Origin: Octopus sinensis
Taxonomy: Eukaryota
Length of the DNA: 18,614 nt
Direction of reading: 5' to 3'
Assembly: GCF_006345805.1 (NCBI RefSeq)
Contig: NW_021824444.1
Location: forward strand, 1 to 18,614
A program made the position numbers and the translations under genes. This document shows, in pieces, positions 10,930 to 18,614 of this stretch. The notes beneath the pieces are model-generated. The model was given only the letters and a program-made list of their open reading frames with translations. It had not been told where the DNA came from and made no database searches. Numbering within the stretch: position 1 is the stretch's first letter; each line of letters opens with the position of its first letter.

Positions 10930-11474
10930 CTTGTTGTTGCTCTTCTTCTCTTCTTCTTCTTCTTCTTCTCTTCTTCTTCTTCTTCTTCTTCTTCTTCTTC
11001 CAATCAGGACGCCATTAGCCACAAAGAATAATCTTTAATTCGAGCCTACTCTAAGCTACTAAGAATGCGTGTGGCAACTTGAAGATCCACCCATCACACG
11101 CGATAGACTGGCTGTTGCACGGGCGCGAAAGCTACATTGTTATCCTCATTCCGTAAACGGTGACTTTTAACGGGTGGAGAGCTGAACCATCCTAGGGTAC
11201 AGAGGATTCGCAATCTAGACTAGGGTCTGAAAGTTTTACCACACCAAAGTGAGTTACACCATGGTTCCTCTGCTTTGTGGCAGAAGTAGAAAGAAAGAGT
11301 GAGAGAAAGTTGTGGTGAAAGAGTACAGCGGGGTTCCCCCACCCACCGCCGGAGCCTCGTGGAGCTTAGGTGTTTTTGCTCAATAAACATTCACAATGCC
11401 CGGTCTGGGAATCGAAACCGCGTTCTTACGACCGCGAGTCCGCTGCGCTAACCACTGGGCCATTGCGCCTCCAC
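10930..11474 (-). mobile_element. tRNA-derived SINE family B, long variant with tail type 2 and (GAA)n end, with TSD
   Basis: Head gtggaggcgcaatggcccagtggttagcgcagcggactcgcggtc... matches the 9770 copy for about 180 bp, then diverges. (TTC)n at about 10941-11000 is the minus-strand tail. Direct repeat tcgtgttgt at 10921-10929 and 11475-11483. Confidence 0.8.
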
Positions 11475-11724
11475 TCGTGTTGTTGTTGGAGTCGACGTTA
11501 GTAGGCGTAGTAGTAGTAGTTGCAGAAGTTGCATGAGGTGTTATTTATGTTGTTGTTGTCGTTGGGGTTGTTGATGCCGATGTTGACTGTGGGTTTTAAT
11601 CGTAGCATTAGCTGTGTTGTTGCCGATATTGTCGACCGTGTTTGTAGTGAAGAGGGAAGGATTTATGTGTCGGAGACACGGAAGATAAGAGGGAATTATC
11701 GGATTGTTGATGGGCCGGAAATAC

Positions 11725-11769
11725 CACACACAAACGCACGCACGCACGCACGCACACACATACACACAC

Positions 11770-11816
<47 letters not shown>

Positions 11817-12385
11817 TCGTTTAGAGGAAAAGAACAAGAGAAACAAAACGACCCTTTTTTTTCTTTTGGTAGAACGAGTGAACAAAATGGAGTAGAAGTT
11901 TTCGAGGAATTGAATTTGAAGTGTGAAAAATTTAAGCTGAATAAATGACAACTGTGTATTGGATATTTTCTCGGAGTTAACACTGGATCACAACTATGAA
12001 TCTCCAAGTAGCAGCACCGCCACCCCCACTACAAAACCACCACCACCACCACCACCACCGCCACCACCACCATCACAAATAGCCTTTCCCACCACTACCG
12101 CCGCAGCCGCCACTATCAAGCTCATCATCATCGTCATCGCCAGCAACATCATCATCACCATCATCATTGCCACCATAATCACCATCACCACTACAACCAT
12201 TAACGTCACCACTACAACCCCCATATCAAAACTTCCCACCACCACCACCCCGTTGTAGCCGCCACTACTATCTTCCTCACCGACCACCGCCGCATTCATC
12301 ACTATCATCATCATCATCATCATCATCGTCGTCGTCGTCGTCGTTGTCGTCATCATCATCATCATCCTCATCATCATCATCATCA

Positions 12386-12418
<33 letters not shown>

Positions 12419-12720
12419 TCATCATCATTATTACTATCATCAACGCCATCATGATCACCAACACTAAAACCCTGCCACCACCACTGCAACCATTTTCATC
12501 AGCACCACCACTATCAACGTAATCATTGTCGTCATCATCAGCACCAACGCTGATGTATAATGATGATTGATGATGACAATGATGATGATGATGATGAGCA
12601 TCATCATCAATACGACTACCATCATCGCAATCGTAATCCTCATCACCACCACCGCCACCGTCATCACCACCACCACCACAAAACGCGCGCACACAACACA
12701 CACTCACACACACGCACACA
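11725..12720. repeat. (CA)n and long degenerate (ACC/ATC/GTC/GAT)n trinucleotide region
   Basis: Directly visible. Confidence 0.95.
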
Positions 12721-12920
12721 AGGTCTGGCAATAATCCCATCTCCATATGATGTTAGCCAGGAGGACTGACCATTTCCGAAATTAAAACAAACTGAAGAGT
12801 TTTCTTGTATAGATACATCGATTTTAGCCATTGGTACAAGGCCAAATAATTTTGAAGCATTTCTTACTCTGTGGTGGAGGGTTTGCAAACCAATCGAGTA
12901 AAACCCAGCCAGTGTTATAT

Positions 12921-13250
12921 GAAAACCCATCGCTGAACGTACGCTGCGAACGTGCGAGGATACAAACATTGTATTGCAACAAAATCGACTTGAAATGACT
13001 GTTAAGGGCCGAAACGGCTTATCTTGAAACCCGTTACCGCTGAACGTACATAGTGAACGCGCAAGGGCACACCCATTGTATTGCAACAAAATCGACTTGA
13101 AATGATTGAATGCAGGCCGAAACAGCTTAGCTTGGAACCCGTGATTGCTGAACATACGCAGCGAATGTGCGAGATCACACACATTGTATTGCAACAAAAT
13201 CAACTTGAAGTGACTGACGAAGGCCGAAACAGCTTAGCTTGAAACCCGTG
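12921..13250. repeat. Tandem repeat, ~107-108-bp unit, 3 copies plus a fragment
   Basis: cattgtattgcaacaaaatc starts at 12967, 13074 and 13182. Each unit also has gctgaac and ggccgaaacRgctta. Confidence 0.95.
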
Positions 13251-13392
13251 GAACCCATGGATGAATGTAGAGTCCTTGACGAAGCAGGCACTGCTGTGAT
13301 TTTTAGTTGTTTAGCTTCATATCACAAGTGCAATATCGCCGAATGTTTTAGAGGCTCGCTACGCAACCTCAAGATCTCAGGATTTTCTGTAA

Positions 13393-13579
13393 CTGGCATG
13401 GACAGCCTTTGTCGAGAAGCGGGCCGCATGAAACATAGCTAATCATCAGGTGGGCCGCATGAAGCATAGCTAATAATCTGGCGGTCTTCACTACTAAAAA
13501 AAAAAGAAAAAATTCTGAGGTAATTTTCCATTGGCGTATCATTCAGGAAGATTCGCAGGTCACAGTTTGCTCATTACTG
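13393..13579. mobile_element. Possible degenerate hAT (Charlie-like) MITE
   Basis: Ends ctggcatggacagcct and agtttgctcattactg resemble decayed CAGGGGTGGGCAAACT-type TIRs. Internal duplication of gggccgcatgaaRcatagctaat. TSD not convincing. Confidence 0.4.
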
Positions 13580-13693
13580 ATTTATAGAAGCGTTTCGACT
13601 CAAACCTAACGAGTGAAATAGGGCAGATAGAGTAAATGGAACGGGTTTGGACGCTCCGTCGGATGTATTTTCTCTGTGATTCAATGGTAGAGT

Positions 13694-13841
13694 TTGTCAC
13701 ACGTTGTGTCACGCTGATTTTATCCGAGAATTACATTAAAGGCACACGTGTCTGTATAATGCTTGGCCGTTTACACGTTAATCCAGGAGCACATAATTTA
13801 CTTAATCGAACAACTAAATCCTCATCGTCGAAACCGGCGGA
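13694..13841 (+). mobile_element. Diverged 3' half of SINE family C
   Basis: Aligns with 10731-10881 (ttgtcaca..tgtgtca.gctga...gagaa.ta.attaa...cacgtta...cctc.tcgtcg.aaccg.cgga). Confidence 0.75.
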
Positions 13842-14028
13842 GATCCATCATCGATTCAAGCATTAGTTATTTAAGTTTTTTTTTTATAAATTTTCTTTTG
13901 TTATTCAGGCATAAAATACCTCAGGGTACATTACCAAATGCATCATCGGCCATTTTTTATGATAGTAGATTGTGATACCTGAGGGTAAGTTTGCTGCTAT
14001 TTCCAGCAGATCGAACGACCCCGTAGAA

Positions 14029-14510
14029 CAGGGGTGGGGAAACTTTTTAGTGCGACGGGCAAAAATTTGCAAAGAAAAAGGTCCCAGGCGGATCACAAGT
14101 TCTAACACTTAATTTTGCGTAAATCTTGTATATATCTATGTATAATTCGATATACGTTAATAAAGATAAGTTTAAGACAAAATTAACGCATAACACCTCA
14201 TAACGCCGCCATTGAATTTAGGACGTTTATATTACTTATGAGGTAGTCTATATTTTTCAGCTAGAATGTAGCTGGGTCTCAAGGGGGTGATACAAACCTA
14301 GCAATATGTGTTTTATAGTGAAAATAAAATTTCCATTCAGATGGCAATTACTGGAGAAGTTTCTGTTCGAGTTTTAAGTCGTAGTAGAAACACGACACGT
14401 CGTAAATAGGCGTACGAATAGTGTATAGATTTTACAATTGAAAAATTTACGATGTTTTCTACATACGTGTATAGCAGCCTGCGGTCACAATAAAACGGGC
14501 CCCACCCCTA
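14029..14510. mobile_element. Non-autonomous hAT DNA transposon (MITE), 482 bp
   Basis: Left TIR caggggtgggg (14029) and right TIR ccccaccccta (14500-14510, one mismatch). 8-bp TSD ccgtagaa (14021-14028) versus cggtagaa (14511-14518), with the central TA typical of Charlie-type hATs. Confidence 0.8.
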
Positions 14511-14557
14511 CGGTAGAATCTTCCTTGTTAGAACAGTATATCTCAATACTGAAAGTT

Positions 14558-14770
14558 GATTGACTGAATCATTAGAGCATCGCTCAAAATACAATGCAAT
14601 GTTTTCGACTCTTTACGCTCAGAGTTCAAACCATGCCGAAGTCAATTAGGCCGTTAATCATTTGTGGTCGTTAAATAATAAACCAGTCAAGAATTGTGGT
14701 AGATTTAATCGACAGAGTAACCCGTTCTCCCCCAACACTTCTGGTATTATGGCTTCAATAGAAAACTATT
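14558..14770 (+). mobile_element. Old diverged SINE family A relative (alternative short tail)
   Basis: tttacgctcagagttcaaaccatgccgaagtcaa...ggtcgttaaataataaaccagt...gatttaatcgac, colinear with 15482-15706. Confidence 0.65.
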
Positions 14771-14938
14771 AAGAGTGGCGAGTTGGAAGAAATACAGTAA
14801 TACTTCACTTTACGACGATCCGCTTTACGAGACCCCGATTTAAGAGCTTCTGTGAGTGGTTGCTTTACGAGCGTTCCCCGGGAACGAATTTACTCGCATA
14901 TCGAAGCATTATCGTACTTCGCAATATTTCTTTCGGCA

Positions 14939-15428
14939 AAGGCGCGGCGAGCTGGCAGAACCGTTAGCACGCCGGCTGAATTGCTTTGCGGTATTTTGTC
15001 TGCCGTTACGTTGTGAGTTCCAATTCCGCCGAGGTCGACTTTGCCTTTCATCCTTTCGGGGGTCGATAAATTAAGTACCAGTTACGTACTGGGGTCGATG
15101 TATTCGACTTAATACCTATGTCTGTCCTTGTTTGTCCCCTCTGTGTTTAGCCCCTTGTGGGTAATAAAGAAATAGGTATTTCGTCTGCCGTTACGTTTTG
15201 GGTAATAAAGAAATAGGTATTTCGTCTGCCGCTACGTTCTGAGTTCAAATTCCGCCGAGGTCGACTTTGCCTTTCATCCTTTCGGGGGTCGATAAATTAA
15301 GTACCAGCTACGCACTGGGGTCGATGTAATCGACTTAATCCGTTTGTCTGTCCTTGTTTGTCCTCTCTGTGTTTAGCTCCTTGTGGGTAGTAAAGAAATA
15401 GGTATTTCGTCTGCCGTTACGTTCTGAG

Positions 15429-15430
<2 letters not shown>
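14939..15430 (+). mobile_element. SINE family A multimer (head + unit + 41-bp junction duplication + 185-bp unit + partial unit)
   Basis: The unit start ggtatttcgtctgccg recurs at 15175, 15216 and 15401, each time directly after aaagaaata. Followed by (ATT)n at 15432-15482. Confidence 0.9.
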
Positions 15431-15481
<51 letters not shown>

Positions 15482-15483
<2 letters not shown>

Positions 15484-15706
15484 GGGAGTTAGCTGGCAGA
15501 ATCGTTAGTATGCGGGCGAAATGCTTTAACGGCATTTCTGCCGTCATTACGTTCAAATTTCCCCGGGATCGACTTTACCGTTGGTAATTTTTATTGGGGG
15601 GGGGGGGTCAATAAATTAAGTACCAGTGAAATACTGTGGTCGATGTAATCGACTGGTCCCCCTCCCCCAAAATTTCAGCCTCGTACCTTTAGTAGAAAGG
15701 ATTATT
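15482..15706 (+). mobile_element. SINE family A relative with alternative tail (ccccaaaatttcagcctcgtacctttagtagaaaggattatt)
   Basis: Same head and central domain as family A, but diverges after gtaatcgact. Confidence 0.8.
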
Positions 15707-15717
15707 AATGACATTTC

Positions 15718-16040
15718 CAAGTACTTCTTTTTACCGATATCCGAATTATGAAAAATAAGCCGACCTCGGCACAAACCGAACTCGAATCATAGAGAGACAA
15801 AAGTAAATATAGCAAAGCATTTTATGCTGAGATGTTTGTATTTTCTGCCTTTGTAGCCATCTCTCTCTCTTTTTTAAAAAAAAAAATATTGACTTCTAAG
15901 GAATAATGTTAGCACAAGGTCATACGATTATTTGAAAAGTGGCGTAGAATAGTCGATTAGCAAGACTTTCAAAAGATTTTATTGACATTTCGCAGTAACA
16001 CAGCTGCATTTGAACTCAGAGCGAAAAAAGTAAATACAAT
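15718..16040 (-). mobile_element. Two highly diverged family A fragments
   Basis: gtactt...ccgacctcggcacaaaccgaactc...gcaaagcattt (about 15720-15850) and tagtcgattag...atttgaactcagagcg (about 15905-16035) resemble the reverse complement of family A. Confidence 0.5.
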
Positions 16041-16152
16041 TAACGTAAGGTATTAACCCATATATACCCGCTGGTTGCGTTTTCGTAACGCAAAACCTGC
16101 TCCTACTTCTTTGGACATGAACTCGCCGGAAAGCATATCTGACTGAGCATAC

Positions 16153-16385
16153 GGAATTTTTTGGGGGAGGGGGCCACTCAATTAGATCGACTCCAGTACG
16201 CAACTGGTACTTTATTTGTCGACCCCTAAAGGACTAGAGGCAAAGTTGGCCTCGGCGGAATTTGAACTCAGAACGTAAAGACAGACGAAATACTGCTAAG
16301 CCCCTTGTGGGTAGTAAAGAAATAGGTATTTCGTCAGCCGTTACGTTCTGAGTTCAAATTCCACCGAGGTCGACTTTGCCTTTCA
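16153..16385. mobile_element. Family A minus-strand copy fused to a plus-strand fragment, forming a fold-back
   Basis: 16153-16300 is a minus copy. 16297-16385 is a plus-strand tail-junction-unit fragment. Arms 16238-16293 and 16326-16381 are complementary. Confidence 0.8.
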
Positions 16386-16389
16386 GTGG

Positions 16390-16538
16390 GTGGGGGTAAG
16401 TCAATCACGTCGATCCCAGTGTTCAACTGGTACTTATTTTATCGACCCAGAAAGGATGAAAAGCAAAATCGACCTCGGTAGAATTTAAACTCTGAACGTT
16501 AAGACGGACGCCAAGTATTTTTCCCGGCATGCTAACGA
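16390..16538 (-). mobile_element. Diverged SINE family A relative
   Basis: actggtacttattttatcgacccagaaaggatgaaaagcaaaatcgacctcgg...gcatgctaacg is the reverse complement of the family A head and core. Confidence 0.75.
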
Positions 16539-16811
16539 AATTTGAACTCAGAACGTAACGGCAGACGAAATACCTATTTCTATTTCTTTACTACCCACAA
16601 GGGGCTAAACACAGAGGGGACAAACAAGGACAGACAAACGGATTAAGTCGATTACATCGACCCCAGTGCGTAACTGGTACTTATTTAATCGACCCCGAAA
16701 GGATGAAAGGCAAAGTCGACCTCGGCTGAATTTGAACTCAGAACGTAGCGGCAGACGAAATACCGCAAAGCATTTCGCCTTGCGTGCTAACGTTTCTGGC
16801 AGTTCGCCGCC
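16539..16811 (-). mobile_element. SINE family A, full monomer plus partial next unit
   Basis: Reverse complement runs from head ggcggcgaactgccagaaacgttagcacg to tail aaagaaatagaaata, then restarts ggtatttcgtctgccgttacgttctgagttcaaatt. Confidence 0.9.
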
Positions 16812-16971
16812 GTACTAACTCTGCAAATAATATTTCCACAATTTTAATGTGTATTTTGATTAATATACAGCAGCAATTAAGACCACATATCTCTCGCGAT
16901 AATAAAATAAGCAAGATGTGCTTCAAGAGGAAACAGCTGTGATTTACCCTAACTACCTCCTCTCTCTCTCT

Positions 16972-17300
16972 AGCTTTCTTCCTAACCCCATGGTTCCGGG
17001 TTCAATCCCGGGCCTCGGGTTCAGGCCCCTTGGGCAAGTGACATCTACTATAGACTCGGGACGACCAAAGCTTTGTGAGCGGATTTGGTAGACATAAATT
17101 GAAAGAAGCCCGTCGAGTATATATGTATATATATTTATGTTTGTGCTCCTTTGTGTCTGTGTTTGTCCCTCCACCATCGCTTGACAACCGATGCTGGTGT
17201 GCTTATGTCCCCGAAACTTAGTGGTTCGGCAAAAGAGACCATTAGAATAAGTATTAGGCTTACAAAGAATAAGTCCTGGTGTTTATTTGTTGGACTAAAG
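16972..17300 (+). mobile_element. tRNA-derived SINE family D (truncated at both ends)
   Basis: B box gggttcaatccc, CORE-like ccttgggcaagtg, internal TA/TG spacer, and 3' region shared with 2881-3082. Confidence 0.75.
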
Positions 17301-17447
17301 TGCATATATATATATACATACATACATACATACATATATATATACATACATACACACATAATGTGCTGTTCCGTGATGGTAAGATCAACAAAAAAAGTAC
17401 CCTATCTGGTGAGAGATAAATATCTAATAGACACAATACAAATTTAT

Positions 17448-17644
17448 ATGTGCTACTAATAGTTTCCTTTGTTGAGAACATGTCAAACAAAGTTTTATAA
17501 CACGTCTGACATCTCGGCACAGTCATCAGGCACAGCCCATATGGCATAACCATGGGCTATGCCTAATGATTGTACCGAGATGTCAGCCGTGTTATGAAAC
17601 TTTGTTTGGCATGTTCTCAACACAGGAAACTATTAGTAGAACAT
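17448..17644. repeat. Long fold-back inverted repeat (93-bp arms, 11-nt loop)
   Basis: 17448-17540 versus the reverse complement of 17552-17644: ungapped, 9 mismatches by manual count. Weaker similarity extends to about 17421 and 17667. Confidence 0.92.
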
Positions 17645-17692
17645 AAATACACGGTTCTATTAAATAATGTAATATATATAATGTATATATAT

Positions 17693-17739
<47 letters not shown>

Positions 17740-17792
17740 TATAATATATATATATATATATTATATATATATATTATATATATATATATATA

Positions 17793-17883
17793 ATGTTTTG
17801 CGGGACAAACGGACAGACAGAATCTCTCCCTTTTACGTATATAATATAAAAGAGAGATTCTGTCTGTTTGTCCCACAAAACAT
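17793..17883. repeat. Inverted repeat (about 40-bp arms) overlapping a putative Helitron 5' end
   Basis: atgttttgcgggacaaac(ggac)agacagaatctctc(cc)tttta (17793-17835) versus taaaagagagattctgtctgtttgtcccacaaaacat (17847-17883). Confidence 0.85.
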
Positions 17884-18614
17884 AATTGAGTCACCATCTC
17901 ACTTATAGCCGGGGTGTTTTGTCCGCTTCCACCAGCAGAGCGACTCTAAAGAGAAACGGTGTCGCTATTTTTTTTATCTGTCTGTCTGTCTGTCTGTCTC
18001 TTTCTTTCTATAAGAATACATACACACACGATCACACGCCCGCCCACACACACACACATACATATATATATGTATATTCATTCGTGTTTCAGATGTACCT
18101 TTTTTTCTAACTTCTCCGTTCAGATATAAATATACAAATTTCATTCACACAAGCAGAGACAATCTGACAGTAAAGCCATATGCGCAGACAAACACAAATT
18201 CACAGCGAGACGAAAATCATAGATACACCAACAAAAGGACAACCACACAACGCGTTGCCCTGCATTCCTATACTATAGCGTCGGAATTTGAACAAAATCA
18301 CTGACACCATTCAGCATTTGCAAATTCATTTTAATATTAGTTACTGATATTCACACATCATTTGTACTTCCATTTTACTACAACTTACTAATATTCCTTA
18401 TCAAAAACATTTCTTATTCCCTTAAGCCATTCTTCTATATGATATACTTATTTTCTTTGCATTACTGTAACATAGCGTCCGAATTTCATTTGCCGATTAC
18501 TTACTGATATTTATTATCAAAAAAATGTCTCATATAAAAAGGACCGTCACAAAACGAACACCAAACAAACGCACGACGTGCGTCAGAAGACGAAGGTGAG
18601 ACACGCGCACGGCT
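17838..18614 (+). mobile_element. Probable 5' portion of a Helitron, continuing beyond the window
   Basis: tatataatataaaagagagattctgtctgtttgtcc resembles invertebrate Helitron 5' termini. (TCTG)n follows, then an AT-rich leader with internal repeats. ATG at 18525 gives MSHIKRTVTKRTPN, and after a frameshift ARRASEDEGETRAR(L), resembling STPR-like repeats at RepHel N-termini. Confidence 0.45.

Noticed and set aside
11520-12769. ORFs with apparent signal peptide or poly-Pro/Thr/Met/Asp tracts
   Set aside because: They derive from TTG, CA and ACC/ATC repeats, overlap in both directions and show no recognisable domain.
12664-13203. 179-aa minus-strand ORF
   Set aside because: It is largely the reverse translation of the 107-bp tandem repeat read in shifting frames, ending in microsatellite.
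12921-13250. CRISPR-like array (conserved blocks separated by variable sequence)
   Set aside because: The intervening segments are homologous to each other, so this is a diverged tandem repeat. The context is eukaryotic and there are no cas genes.
16921-16945. gaaacagctgtg palindromic hammerhead-like 3' half
   Set aside because: No CUGANGA box upstream, and too short to support a call.

Overview
Eukaryotic, AT-rich, repeat-saturated non-coding DNA (intron or intergenic). The microsatellite density and the tRNA-headed SINE families strongly suggest a coleoid cephalopod, most likely Octopus; this is inference from repeat style, not a search result. No intact protein-coding gene is supported: almost all ORFs in the track are translations of microsatellites or SINEs. 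The window holds four tRNA-derived SINE families, labelled A-D here. Family A has more than 10 copies or fragments, forms head-to-tail multimers and is densely clustered at 14.5-16.8 kb. Decayed autonomous elements include two Penelope-like retroelement relics, a mariner transposase N-terminus and a probable Helitron 5' end running out of the window. There is also a hAT-type MITE with TIRs and an 8-bp TSD, four long fold-back hairpins, and a ~107-bp x3 tandem repeat with a hammerhead-like core. The most interesting signals are the recurring multimer junction of SINE A, two SINE B copies with the same head but different tails, the hammerhead-like tandem repeat and the hairpins.
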